Below, one piece after another: positions 28,153 to 37,934 of a stretch of DNA of 64,000 bases (positions are counted from its first letter, which is position 1; the number at the start of each line of letters is the position of its first letter). Where the stretch lies: positions 76,721-140,720 of the IMG/VR virus record IMGVR_UViG_3300022602_000038; one strand, written 5' to 3'. The DNA is from a virus. The notes under the pieces are model-generated. The model was given only the letters and a program-made list of their open reading frames with translations. It ran no database searches and had not been told where the DNA came from. The translations under genes and the position numbers were made by a program.

Positions 28153-28712
28153 ATATTAAAGTAACACCAACATTGTTCTCCACAAAACAAACTATCATCA
28201 TCTTTATTAAAAAAATGTCTTACAGCTTGTCGTACTCCTTCATCATTATAATAATCATGACCTGCTATATGCCCACCTTTCTTTAATTTTGGAAACCAAG
28301 CTTTAAGGTCTTCTAATACCGCTTCATATGCATGATTAGCATCTATAAAAATAAACTCCAACGAACTGTCTGCAAATTGTTTAGCAGCTTCTACAGAATT
28401 TATACGTACAGGTTCTACAACATGTTCTACAGGTTTAATATTCTCTTTAAACAAATGCCACACTAAATCTTCGGGTACACTACTTGGATCTTTAAGATTT
28501 AATCCGTCAACAGTAAATCTGTTCCATACATCTACCACGGTAAGTTTTATATCTTTCTTAGAATTAATAATCTCTACTGCCATATAAGCAGTGGAAGCGC
28601 CTTGAAACGCCCCTACTTCCACGAAATGTGCATTATCATACTGCTTAACCATATGAGCATATAGTTGCGGAAATGTAAACCAACCGGGTATCTTATAATG
28701 AAAATGTTCCAC
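28149..28712 (-). CDS. Class I SAM methyltransferase (Methyltransf_24-like)
   Basis: FVEVGAFQGAS, FIFIDANHAYE, GGHIAGHDY. Confidence 0.9.
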   Translation of the reverse strand: MEHFHYKIPGWFTFPQLYAHMVKQYDNAHFVEVGAFQGASTAYMAVEIINSKKDIKLTVVDVWNRFTVDGLNLKDPSSVPEDLVWHLFKENIKPVEHVVEPVRINSVEAAKQFADSSLEFIFIDANHAYEAVLEDLKAWFPKLKKGGHIAGHDYYNDEGVRQAVRHFFNKDDDSLFCGEQCWCYFNI

Positions 28713-28791
28713 GTGTAATTACATTTATAAATCTATTAAAACAATTCAAGCTTAGTTGATTTATCTAATGACAAGTAGTTAATATTATATT

Positions 28792-29415
28792 ATGTATAAA
28801 GAACCTACACAAACAGAACAAGTACAAACTGGTATAAACGTAATGTTCGTAGAGCTACTATACAAAAAAAACATACTACATTTGTTTAAAGATAAGAACG
28901 AACTATTCTATAAAAAATCCTTAGAACTTAAAGAATTTTCTCCTGTAATATCAAACTGGAATTGTGATACATTTAATACAATGTATACATATGAATTAAC
29001 GAGAGACCCACTGTTTAAAGATTTAATTGAAGAATGTAAACAACAAGTTGCTATGTTTGCTACAAAATTTGGAGTGGTAAATAAGAGAATTGAATGTATT
29101 AATGCCTGGCTTAACGTAGCTTTACCTGGCAATTTTCAAGAGTATCATATACACAACAATAGTCATTTTAGTTTAGTATATTATGTAAAAGCGCCTAAAA
29201 ATGGCGGGGAACTTATTCTTAAAAGCCATGAAGCGGATTCAGATATGTTTGCATTGCCAGCAACTGAATACGCAAAAGCTTCTAATAAAGTATTTAGATT
29301 TTATCCTCAAGAAGGCGATTTAGTTGTTTTTAGGTCTAATATTTCTCATATGGTTAATAAAAATATGAGTAATGAAAATAGAGTTAGTATAGCAATGAAT
29401 CTTAATGTTATTTAA
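28792..29415 (+). CDS. 2OG-Fe(II) oxygenase (TIGR02466-like)
   Basis: WLN...HIH...SLVYY...EGDLVVFRS...H.V...RVSIAMN. Confidence 0.85.
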   Translation: MYKEPTQTEQVQTGINVMFVELLYKKNILHLFKDKNELFYKKSLELKEFSPVISNWNCDTFNTMYTYELTRDPLFKDLIEECKQQVAMFATKFGVVNKRIECINAWLNVALPGNFQEYHIHNNSHFSLVYYVKAPKNGGELILKSHEADSDMFALPATEYAKASNKVFRFYPQEGDLVVFRSNISHMVNKNMSNENRVSIAMNLNVI

Positions 29416-29694
29416 TTAAAATTTAACTTCTCCGACTCCAATACGGCCGTTATCATTTTGTACTAAAAGTACCTTTACAGGTAATTCTTGTTTAAGAATT
29501 CTTGCTTCATTTATTGCTTCATTCGTATCTGGGTATTTTTTAGCCTTATTTAAGTCTTTACCCCAGTCATTATTACCATAAAACAATAAACCTTCTTGTA
29601 ATATGTTACGTGCATTTACAAACGTAACAGATGCATCCATTATTATAAACTCTTGAGTCATTACCGTACTTTTTGACGTTTTGTTAAATTCCAA
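29416..29694 (-). CDS. Hypothetical protein
   Basis: ORF in minus-strand operon; true start may be MTQEF. Confidence 0.6.
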   Translation of the reverse strand: MEFNKTSKSTVMTQEFIIMDASVTFVNARNILQEGLLFYGNNDWGKDLNKAKKYPDTNEAINEARILKQELPVKVLLVQNDNGRIGVGEVKF

Positions 29695-29855
29695 ACCTCT
29701 GTAGTTCCTGATTTATATGTAACGGTTAATGTATTACCATTCATAAAAAACGAGCTTAATTCTCTTGAACCAAGATGTATTGAAAAGTAAGGTGCACCGG
29801 TTAGTGCATCAAATACTTGTAAAAAATCTTTAACTGGTCTTGCTGAGTATGCCAT
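29661..29855 (-). CDS. Hypothetical protein (64 aa)
   Basis: Tightly coupled ORF in operon. Confidence 0.6.
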   Translation of the reverse strand: MAYSARPVKDFLQVFDALTGAPYFSIHLGSRELSSFFMNGNTLTVTYKSGTTEVWNLTKRQKVR

Positions 29856-29856
29856 A

Positions 29857-30393
29857 TTATCTGTATTGTTTTTTTAATAAACGCCATGTCGGGCTATCAA
29901 TAACGACTTTACCATCATCGATGTTTTCAATCATACTGAGAGCTTGATCAATAGTGTTGTATATATATTTATGTTTAAGTTGCCCCATAAGCCATAAAGG
30001 CGTATTTTCTTTACCACCTTCAATAACGACAAATATAGGTTTTCGTGAAGCTACAGCGGTAGATAGTTCTTCAGCTGTACCCCAACTAGCAGTGCTCGGT
30101 ATAATATAAGCAATAATAAAATCCGATCTATCTACTAAGTTAAGATCAAATCTACGAATAGTCTTAGCCCATTCAGTTACTTTATCGTATTCTCCGTTTT
30201 TCATATGTTGACGCATACGAATACGTACATCTGGTGATTCGTCGCTATCACTAATAAACGGTTTTTTGTACGGGTTAAAAACTGTAATGTTGCGTGGTAA
30301 TAAAGAGCTTTCTACTTTTTCTCTCCAGTTACTACCATCAGCATACTCCATTGCTCCAATAGTATAACATTTAGTACGATATAATGTATTCAT
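29857..30393 (-). CDS. Nucleoside 2-deoxyribosyltransferase / NMP N-glycosidase-like protein
   Basis: Y..G.M...WR...VFNP...DL..VD.SD...SWGTAEE motifs. Confidence 0.75.
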   Translation of the reverse strand: MNTLYRTKCYTIGAMEYADGSNWREKVESSLLPRNITVFNPYKKPFISDSDESPDVRIRMRQHMKNGEYDKVTEWAKTIRRFDLNLVDRSDFIIAYIIPSTASWGTAEELSTAVASRKPIFVVIEGGKENTPLWLMGQLKHKYIYNTIDQALSMIENIDDGKVVIDSPTWRLLKKQYR

Positions 30394-30396
30394 ATA

Positions 30397-30960
30397 TTAA
30401 ATGTTAATTATTTTATGTAATTCTTCAAGAGAATTAATCATTATATCTGCTAAACCTACATTTATAATTTCAATACCTACGTAATGATGGTATTCTGAAG
30501 TAAGGCTATGTTCTTTATGTTTATAACCACAATCTGCTAATCTTTGAGCAATATAGTTTTCCCGACCTTCTTGAAAGTCTACATCGCTTTTTTGTACTTT
30601 ATGTGGTAATTCAGACATAGAATAAATTGAACCATGCATCATTGCAACAGCACCTGGCATTACAATACGCTTACCTTTCGTACCTGATGCAAGTAAAAAG
30701 GTACCGGTACTTTGAGCATTAGATGGTACTAGTATAGCTACATCACTTTTTAAAAGCTTAAACACGTTCGCTAAAAAAATACCATCTTCAATATTACCAC
30801 CATCAGAATTAATAATTAAAAGTATATCTTTATTAGACTTTTTATCTAACAGAAACAACTGTCTTACTATTTCTGCAGCGCTAGATTCGGTAATTTCTCC
30901 GCTGAGAATTATTACTCGCTCACTTCCAAGCGTTTTAATTGTTTTTCTATTTGTAGGCAT
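30397..30960 (-). CDS. clpP: ClpP-like protease subunit
   Basis: RVIILSGEI, LIINSDGG, AQSTG (Ser), KGKR, MMHG (His), GLAD. Confidence 0.8.
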   Translation of the reverse strand: MPTNRKTIKTLGSERVIILSGEITESSAAEIVRQLFLLDKKSNKDILLIINSDGGNIEDGIFLANVFKLLKSDVAILVPSNAQSTGTFLLASGTKGKRIVMPGAVAMMHGSIYSMSELPHKVQKSDVDFQEGRENYIAQRLADCGYKHKEHSLTSEYHHYVGIEIINVGLADIMINSLEELHKIINI

Positions 30961-31214
30961 TTTATGCTGTATAAGTTATGTTCAATGTCTTTAGCGGTTT
31001 TAAATTTCATAATAAGCGTATCAGTACGTCTATTAACATAATCTTGTATATCTAAAGGTTTAATAAATTTCATACCTTCTGGGCTATCAAAGTTAATACC
31101 TTTATCTTCACATTTATCAGCAATTATATCAACTGCTTCAAGTAGTGCTGCCCACCGAGCAAATTCATAAAGAGTAATCTTATTTGTCGTAGCTTCTACG
31201 GTATTATAATCCAT
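30912..31214 (-). CDS. Hypothetical protein
   Basis: Start taken at MDYNTVE; coupled in operon. Confidence 0.6.
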   Translation of the reverse strand: MDYNTVEATTNKITLYEFARWAALLEAVDIIADKCEDKGINFDSPEGMKFIKPLDIQDYVNRRTDTLIMKFKTAKDIEHNLYSIKCLQIEKQLKRLEVSE

Positions 31215-31629
31215 TTGTTGATGTTGTGTTAGGGATCGGAGCTGGTTCATACATTGGTTCTGTTACTATTGCTGTTTCTGCCGTTAAATAAACTGAATTT
31301 TTAACATTACAGTGGCCGCAAACAAAACGATTTTCTTCAGAAGTACGAATTAGTACTTCATTTTCTTTATGACATGCAGCACATTCTACTTTCATAGTGT
31401 TTTGTGCTATAATTTCAACCTCTCTTAACTGAAACACTCTTTTGTCACGAGCAGCTTTATATTCTATATATGTATTAAATAGGTAAAAACCTATGAATTG
31501 TGTTAAAAATATAGCTATAAACCATAGACCGAACGAATGGCCTGTAAACTGTGCAATTCCACCAGCAACTGATGAAATTATTATGGTTATAACTATAGAC
31601 TTTAATAAGGCTAATAAGTTATTATTCAT
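31204..31629 (-). CDS. Membrane protein with C-terminal Zn ribbon
   Basis: Two hydrophobic segments followed by CAAC...CGHC. Confidence 0.7.
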   Translation of the reverse strand: MNNNLLALLKSIVITIIISSVAGGIAQFTGHSFGLWFIAIFLTQFIGFYLFNTYIEYKAARDKRVFQLREVEIIAQNTMKVECAACHKENEVLIRTSEENRFVCGHCNVKNSVYLTAETAIVTEPMYEPAPIPNTTSTNGL

Positions 31630-31652
31630 TAGACCGTATTAAACGGTCTTTT

Positions 31653-32057
31653 TTACTTTGGTGCAAGAGAAAACTTGTCTAAATCAGCAGCTAATTTACG
31701 ACAAGCTACCATAATTCCGTTTAACTTACGACGAAACTTGTTGAGTTCTTTTTCTTTACCTTTAAAAAGCGGTAAACTCTCTGCTTGGCGTGCTTTATTT
31801 CTTAAATCTTGAGTTTTTAAGTAAAGATTTGCTAAATCTTTTAAAGAATCTTGAAGAGGGAATGGTAAATCTTCTGCTAAACCTAACTGTCTATCTCTAT
31901 CCTTTACAGAGGACATTTTGCTTAGCGTAGGAACTGAATCTTTGCTAAATTCATACGCAGAAGTAGTCTCTGGCGCTTGAGAACCAGTTTGTGCTCCTGT
32001 ATAATAGGAGGATTCGTCTAATAGTTTTTTAGTTTTTCTTGTTTTCACCAGGTTCAA
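31653..32057 (-). CDS. Hypothetical protein
   Basis: ORF in operon; start uncertain. Confidence 0.6.
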   Translation of the reverse strand: MNLVKTRKTKKLLDESSYYTGAQTGSQAPETTSAYEFSKDSVPTLSKMSSVKDRDRQLGLAEDLPFPLQDSLKDLANLYLKTQDLRNKARQAESLPLFKGKEKELNKFRRKLNGIMVACRKLAADLDKFSLAPK

Positions 32058-32220
32058 TACTTATTGTTCCAACCATAAATCTATTAGAACATTTTGGACA
32101 AATCCAGTGAGCTTCATTAACAATATTTTTACCGTTATTAACTCGCATAACACGAGGATGTACATGAGGTTGACCACAAGTGGTGCAAGTAACTGGTCTA
32201 GGCTCTACTTTAGGATACAT
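32029..32220 (-). CDS. Small Zn-ribbon protein
   Basis: CTTC...WICPKC; TAAATA upstream. Confidence 0.7.
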   Translation of the reverse strand: MYPKVEPRPVTCTTCGQPHVHPRVMRVNNGKNIVNEAHWICPKCSNRFMVGTISIEPGENKKN

Positions 32221-32267
32221 ATATGTGTATATTTACTATAAACCCCTAAAAATACCCGGTAAAATTG

Positions 32268-32567
32268 TTATTTTTTTGGTATAGATGTAGTTAAAGAGTT
32301 ATAATACTCAGCTAAACATACATCATACACCGATTTAGGTAGTACATCTACAGGTTCTAATACTTTATTAGCAATACCCCAGTTAAACTCTGTTTTAGGT
32401 ATAATTCGTGTATGTTTATCAGGTAAAGAAAAAAATGTACATTCCTCCTCACTTTCTTTTATCTTTACCAGCCACTCACCCTTAAATTTACCTTGTAAAA
32501 CTACGTAAATGTAACGGTTTTTATTTAAAAGCCGTAATTTTATTTTTTTAATTAGGATTGAAACCAT
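32268..32567 (-). CDS. Hypothetical protein
   Basis: Start taken at MVSILIKK. Confidence 0.55.
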   Translation of the reverse strand: MVSILIKKIKLRLLNKNRYIYVVLQGKFKGEWLVKIKESEEECTFFSLPDKHTRIIPKTEFNWGIANKVLEPVDVLPKSVYDVCLAEYYNSLTTSIPKK

Positions 32568-32997
32568 ACGGATCACTACCGTTAGAATTAGCAATGTTTT
32601 GATTAATTTTATACATTACCCGTCTTAAACGTTCAAGTATTGCATCTTGATCAGCAGAAGAATCTGCAGAAACCATTTCAATTGGATTATTATTAAGGTC
32701 GTAACCAATAATCATAAACGGACCCATGAACTCTTTGATCATTTGTTCAAGGTTCTCGATTTCTCTCTTTTTTTCTTTTACTACTTTACTCTTAATACTT
32801 GCATATTCAAGTTGAGCTAACAGAAGCATATCTTGTATTTTTTTCTGTTCAGGATCAACTATAGTTTTTGCTACGTCTAGAGGTGTGGGTGGTAGTTTAT
32901 CTGTAACTACCACCGTTGGTGTAGGAGAAGGTGAAGAAGTTTTTTTAGTTTTACTAGTTGTAGTAGTTTTTGAATTTTTAATGTTCTTTTTCACCAT
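32548..32997 (-). CDS. Hypothetical protein with T/S/P-rich N-terminus
   Basis: 149-aa ORF; TAAATA upstream. Confidence 0.65.
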   Translation of the reverse strand: MVKKNIKNSKTTTTSKTKKTSSPSPTPTVVVTDKLPPTPLDVAKTIVDPEQKKIQDMLLLAQLEYASIKSKVVKEKKREIENLEQMIKEFMGPFMIIGYDLNNNPIEMVSADSSADQDAILERLRRVMYKINQNIANSNGSDPYGFNPN

Positions 32998-33011
32998 ATA
33001 TATTTACAGAA

Positions 33012-34070
33012 TTATCGCACTAAACTACGTAATTCTGCCTCTGATACAGTAGCTGTAAAGCCGTCAGGGATACCTTTAACAATACATCCAATAGCATCAT
33101 GAGAATGTAAGCTTTCTAAATGACTGCATACAATTTTAAAGTCTACTACTCGCTTTTCTTTATTGAACTCCTCGTACAATAAACGAGATGCATCTTCAAC
33201 AAACTTAAGATATGCGCCGTTTAATTCAGCAAAAGCTTGTTCATCTTCTCTCTTAACCATTACTTGTGTTTCTGTTTTAAGAGCATTTAAGCACATTTGC
33301 TGTATTTCTTCAAACCAAATATGGTCGTTGTATTTTAACGATATACGGGCTGTAGAACGTTGTGAATGAGACACGACTGCTTTATTACGATGCTTACGAG
33401 CGTGTTCACCTAATTCAAAAGAACAAGGACAAGCAGAGGAATAAACAAAATCAAAATGTACAATTTTATCAAATACACCTTGTTGGTTTAAGTTACACTC
33501 AATAGCAATATTATAGTATTGATAACCTGCATTGCCGGAACGCAAACTCTGTTGAATGATAGGATAAGATATTTTAAGAATAATCTTTGCGTCAAATGTT
33601 TGTAAGTTCTTTTTGTAAAGTTTTAAAACATCTTCAATATAGTTAGCATCAAATACGTTATCTTTATGCTCATAAAAAGAACGAATAATACGCGACATAT
33701 TAATACCTTTCTTTTCAGCAGCTAAAGAAACTGTACCTGTAACAGCAGTTTCTAATTCAATAACTGATCCATCTGCTTTTGTCCATTTAAGTGGTAATTT
33801 AAAATTATGAATACCTACTTGTTGAATAGCTACCTTTGCACCTTGTATTAGAGATGAAGGTCCGTTCTGTAAATCAGGTAAAGTAGCAATATAATTAGAG
33901 TCTACTTTAAGATTAGTATCGTAGTTACGATCAGGTTCCTTGTAACCTAAATTTGCTTTACTAAAATCTATAGTATTAGTATTTTCTTTATCTTCGCCAA
34001 GCCAATCGTATGTTTGAGTATTTGTGTTTTTCACGTGTATAAAATTTTCTCCTGTTGTATATGTTTTCAT
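33012..34070 (-). CDS. folE2: GTP cyclohydrolase IB (FolE2)
   Basis: LPDLQ, IQQVGI, KGINMSR, SACPCS, SHSQRS, VKREDEQAFAE, FVEDA.R, H.ESLHSHDA. Confidence 0.95.
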   Translation of the reverse strand: MKTYTTGENFIHVKNTNTQTYDWLGEDKENTNTIDFSKANLGYKEPDRNYDTNLKVDSNYIATLPDLQNGPSSLIQGAKVAIQQVGIHNFKLPLKWTKADGSVIELETAVTGTVSLAAEKKGINMSRIIRSFYEHKDNVFDANYIEDVLKLYKKNLQTFDAKIILKISYPIIQQSLRSGNAGYQYYNIAIECNLNQQGVFDKIVHFDFVYSSACPCSFELGEHARKHRNKAVVSHSQRSTARISLKYNDHIWFEEIQQMCLNALKTETQVMVKREDEQAFAELNGAYLKFVEDASRLLYEEFNKEKRVVDFKIVCSHLESLHSHDAIGCIVKGIPDGFTATVSEAELRSLVR

Positions 34071-34672
34071 GAAACAGTTGAGTGTCGACTAAAAAGTAAA
34101 TTAAAAGAAATACTAATTCTTTCATTATCAGTAGTATTAGGTTCAGTATTGTGTAATAACCAAGAAGGAAATAAAATCAACATACCTTCCTCCGGGGTTA
34201 TATACTCTAACTCAAGTATTGAATTATAACACCAGGAAGCATTTAACATAAAATTAGGGTTTCTAAAAATAATTTTTCCATCTTTACTATTTGTTTTAAA
34301 ATAATAAACCCCACATAAGTCGACTGGACCATGAGTGTGGGCATAAGCATAGTCATTTTTATTTGAAATGGTCATCCAGGACTCTGAAATGTTATAATTT
34401 GTTGTTTTATTATAATTGAGATGAGTAAGGTATGTAATTACGTGCTTAAGTAACTCTCCTTTAAATATATTAATCTTGTAATCTGTAATTAAATTACTAT
34501 TAAAAGTAGGATCATTTATTAAGTGAGTACCTCTCCAGCCTTTTTGTCTGTCAAATGTATTTTTTTGTTTAAGGTCTTGATATACTTGTTCAAAACTTTC
34601 CTGTACTAAGCTAAATACAGGCTCTTCAAACTTAGCAATATATAAAGGGGTAGAGAAAAGATTTTTAATCAT
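34067..34672 (-). CDS. 2OG-Fe(II) oxygenase (TIGR02466-like)
   Basis: LFSTPLY, SWM, HTH, GVYY, EGMLILFPSWLLH, RISISFN. Confidence 0.9.
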   Translation of the reverse strand: MIKNLFSTPLYIAKFEEPVFSLVQESFEQVYQDLKQKNTFDRQKGWRGTHLINDPTFNSNLITDYKINIFKGELLKHVITYLTHLNYNKTTNYNISESWMTISNKNDYAYAHTHGPVDLCGVYYFKTNSKDGKIIFRNPNFMLNASWCYNSILELEYITPEEGMLILFPSWLLHNTEPNTTDNERISISFNLLFSRHSTVS

Positions 34673-34997
34673 GTTTGTTTTTAATATATGTTTCAGATTT
34701 ATTATTAATACCGTATTTTACAAGATAACTTATTATAACCTCAATTGAGTCGGTTTTCAACTTAAATTTTTCAGGTATAAATTGACCTCCATCATATATT
34801 TCAAAATATGTGTCTCCAAACATAGATTGATCGTTTACATAGCAAGTGCAAAGAATCGATGCATTGCCTGGATCAATCATTACTGTCCAGTTACGAGGAT
34901 CTGTTTCACTGTACTCGTCAAAGAGTTTATACACTACATAACCTGAGTCTTTGAGTCTCTTAATAAAGTAGCTTTGAGTTGTAATTTTATTAGCCAT
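34665..34997 (-). CDS. Hypothetical protein
   Basis: 110-aa ORF coupled to the clamp gene. Confidence 0.65.
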   Translation of the reverse strand: MANKITTQSYFIKRLKDSGYVVYKLFDEYSETDPRNWTVMIDPGNASILCTCYVNDQSMFGDTYFEIYDGGQFIPEKFKLKTDSIEVIISYLVKYGINNKSETYIKNKHD

Positions 34998-35731
34998 TAT
35001 TTTACTAATCCTGAGATAATAAATTTAAATTCAGACTCTTCTGTAGGTTTAACGTAAAACACCATTACTTTAGTTTTAAGATTAATACCTACTCTAGCTT
35101 TATTAAAACGTATACCTGATAGAGTTCTAAAAACATCTAACGTAAAAGGTAATACTTGAGGTAATGGTTGACCTTCTATTTTATTAGATATTTTAAGGTT
35201 AATACTGTCGGTATTACTCTTTTCTTTATCTCCTAGCTCACAATATACTCCGTCTGTTTGACCGTAAATGTAAATCTTATTAGTGTCCGTAGTAAATGAA
35301 CTTACTTTAAAGATTTCTTGTAATTTCTTATGTTCTATATCAAAATAGGAATCCAACACTAAAGCATCGATTTTTTCTTGTTTTACGGATGTCTTAGGTA
35401 CTATAGCATCATCAATAAAGTGAAATTTAAACTGAATAGAAGATGACCTATAAACAAGATTATTACTGTTAATAGTAAAAGTTACATCTTCTTCTTCAAT
35501 ACAATCAATAACTCGTAGTAACTTCTTAATATCCCCAATATTAAGGGATTGCTCGGTATCTACGTTAAAAGGGTAACTGTATTTACCTAAAACAAGTACT
35601 CCTGTTTCTGGTTTATTACATATTACACTTAAACCGTTTTTATTTACTTTTACAGAAGCTACATCTACTACTTTACCTATTACACTTAAGAAGTTGTCCG
35701 TAAAATCTTTTTTAGCCAGCTTGAGTTCCAT
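34997..35731 (-). CDS. DNA polymerase sliding clamp (gp45-like)
   Basis: 244 aa, two-domain clamp pattern (IGDIKKLL..I), replication operon context. Confidence 0.7.
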   Translation of the reverse strand: MELKLAKKDFTDNFLSVIGKVVDVASVKVNKNGLSVICNKPETGVLVLGKYSYPFNVDTEQSLNIGDIKKLLRVIDCIEEEDVTFTINSNNLVYRSSSIQFKFHFIDDAIVPKTSVKQEKIDALVLDSYFDIEHKKLQEIFKVSSFTTDTNKIYIYGQTDGVYCELGDKEKSNTDSINLKISNKIEGQPLPQVLPFTLDVFRTLSGIRFNKARVGINLKTKVMVFYVKPTEESEFKFIISGLVK

Positions 35732-36347
35732 TTGTTACTTTCGGTTTTTTTTTATTATTGTTATCAGCTAAAGCGTTAACTTTATCTGTTAATATGTTAA
35801 CCGAGTTTTGTAATTTATCAATAGCATTTATAATATCTTCATAACGAGTTTGTTTATTTAAATCAAACTCCATTTGATTAGGGTCATTATATGGTTGAGG
35901 AGTAGTAGTAAAAAGTTCAGGTTGCACTTCTGGAGCAACTACAAAAGGTGCTGGTTGTTGAGGTGCAGATGGTACAAAAAGTTGTGGGCTCGGTTGAGCG
36001 TATTGTTGAGGTATAGGTTGTGCTTGTACTGGAGCAGGTCTAGGTGGCTGGCTTTGTTGAGGTACCATACCAGCAGCTTTAGCGAGTTGAGATGGCATTA
36101 ATTGAGCCATATTAACATCGGTTATATTTAAATTACCTCCAACAGCTGCTTTCTTAATATCTGTTATATTGTTCTGTACAAGCTTACCTAACATAGCTGC
36201 AGCAATCATTTGTTCTTGGGTAAGACCATTAGGTGCAGTAGCTATTCTAGCTGCTTCTTCATTAGACATAGCAGGAACAGCAGACCGCTGTTGAGCGGCC
36301 TGCTGACGTGCTTGTAATATTTGCTGTCTTCTTTGTTCTTCAGTCAT
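35712..36347 (-). CDS. Q/P/A-rich low-complexity protein with C-terminal coiled coil
   Basis: Composition; lies between gp32-like and gp45-like genes. Confidence 0.7.
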   Translation of the reverse strand: MTEEQRRQQILQARQQAAQQRSAVPAMSNEEAARIATAPNGLTQEQMIAAAMLGKLVQNNITDIKKAAVGGNLNITDVNMAQLMPSQLAKAAGMVPQQSQPPRPAPVQAQPIPQQYAQPSPQLFVPSAPQQPAPFVVAPEVQPELFTTTPQPYNDPNQMEFDLNKQTRYEDIINAIDKLQNSVNILTDKVNALADNNNKKKPKVTNGTQAG

Positions 36348-36352
36348 TAGGA

Positions 36353-37273
36353 TTATAGATCATCAAGTCCGTCTAGAATTGATTTCACTTTATCATCATT
36401 TACAGAAACTTCATCAGAAGCAACTTCTACAGCTTGCTTAACTACAGGCTTTACTGAAGAGGATTTTGGTGTATCGTATGGTACATCGTCATCATTATCA
36501 ACAGGTGCCGTTTGCTTAGGAGCTGCTGCATCTTTACCGAAGTAATTGATATTTAAGAATTCTTCGATTTCTGCTGCTGTATTATGAGTTAAGAAGGAGT
36601 TTAAATCATGTACACTGTTTAGAACTTCTTCAGCCTTACTGTCATCTAAACCTTCAATAGGGCTAGGGTTTAAGAACTTTGATGCTACATATGTTGGGTA
36701 TTTAACAGGCGCACCTGGCTTATCAGAAACTAGTTCTGCTTTAATACGTAAGTTACAACCGTTAGGGCTTAAATCAAAGATTTTAGCTCCAAATTCAGCA
36801 GAATCATCTCCATTAATTGCTGATTCAATAATCTTGTTAAGTTGACGACCGTAACGTAAGATTTTAACTGTGCCGTTATTTTCAGGATTCTTAGGATCTT
36901 GAATAACATATACATTAACATACCAGTTTTCTTTGATACGGATATTAGCTTTTGCGCGAGCAATATCTTCTTCACTGCCGTCTCTTAAAGTCTTAAAATA
37001 TAACTCACTAATCGGGCAACGTTCACCCCATGTTTTTGGTGAAATGATATTTACATACTTACCATTAACTACATTATTCCAACCGTGATGGTAGTAGTGT
37101 AAAAATGTTTCTGCAGGTTTATTCTTATTAGGTAAAAGCCTTACTAAAACAGTAGAAGGAGCATCAATAGAAAGAATTTCCTTATAGCTAGGACCACCAT
37201 TAGTTTTTGTCTTCGAGTTTTCTAAAGCACTTTTAATGCTTTCAAACATACTTGCGTTGAATGTAGTTTTCAT
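36353..37273 (-). CDS. Single-stranded DNA-binding protein (gp32-like)
   Basis: VRLLP, HGW, CPI, YVNVYVIQDP.NPENNG.VK, IFDL..GCN, acidic C-terminal tail. Confidence 0.9.
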   Translation of the reverse strand: MKTTFNASMFESIKSALENSKTKTNGGPSYKEILSIDAPSTVLVRLLPNKNKPAETFLHYYHHGWNNVVNGKYVNIISPKTWGERCPISELYFKTLRDGSEEDIARAKANIRIKENWYVNVYVIQDPKNPENNGTVKILRYGRQLNKIIESAINGDDSAEFGAKIFDLSPNGCNLRIKAELVSDKPGAPVKYPTYVASKFLNPSPIEGLDDSKAEEVLNSVHDLNSFLTHNTAAEIEEFLNINYFGKDAAAPKQTAPVDNDDDVPYDTPKSSSVKPVVKQAVEVASDEVSVNDDKVKSILDGLDDL

Positions 37274-37274
37274 A

Positions 37275-37925
37275 TTAATTAATTTTATTAGTTTTGGTTA
37301 TTTTAGTTATTAGTTGTATGCCCTTATCAATAATGTCTTTTGCTTTAACAGATGCGTTTAATCTCATTTTATATTTTGCAATGTTATTAACAGCACCTTT
37401 TAAATAAATTTCTTTATCTTGAAGGGTAAATAAGTTTAGGTTAGTTTCAAAGAAAGGCAACTTGATCAATACATAAATGTTGATTAAACCGTTAGCATAA
37501 TCAACAAACGGAGTAGATACATATCCGCTATTACTTTGACAGTATTGTTCTAATGTTATTTTATTGTTCACACAGTACGTGCCTATATATTTTAAAGTCT
37601 TTTTAATATCGTTTATTTGATCTTCTGTATCCGGGGATTCTTCTTTTCTTTGTTTTAAAAGATTATTGTATACTGCAATTGCTTTTTGAGTGGTGTAAAA
37701 ATTTAAAGGGAAGTACGTTTCATCTTTATATATAATGTAAGGAGCTTGAAAGAAATCGTAAGGAGATATCTGCGGTAGTTTTTTAAAAAACAGTTCCAAT
37801 CTCTTACAAATTACTCCTTCCGGTGTACTTTCAAAAGTACTAAAATCCTTTCGAGGCCTCCACGGAGCATTTTGCGCTCGTTTAGCAGTACCCAACCAAG
37901 CATTATATATTTCTGGTACGTTCAT
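37275..37925 (-). CDS. Hypothetical protein, possibly gp59-like helicase loader
   Basis: Size (216 aa) and position next to gp32 as in T4; no decisive motif. Confidence 0.4.
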   Translation of the reverse strand: MNVPEIYNAWLGTAKRAQNAPWRPRKDFSTFESTPEGVICKRLELFFKKLPQISPYDFFQAPYIIYKDETYFPLNFYTTQKAIAVYNNLLKQRKEESPDTEDQINDIKKTLKYIGTYCVNNKITLEQYCQSNSGYVSTPFVDYANGLINIYVLIKLPFFETNLNLFTLQDKEIYLKGAVNNIAKYKMRLNASVKAKDIIDKGIQLITKITKTNKIN

Positions 37926-37934
37926 TTAGGTGTC

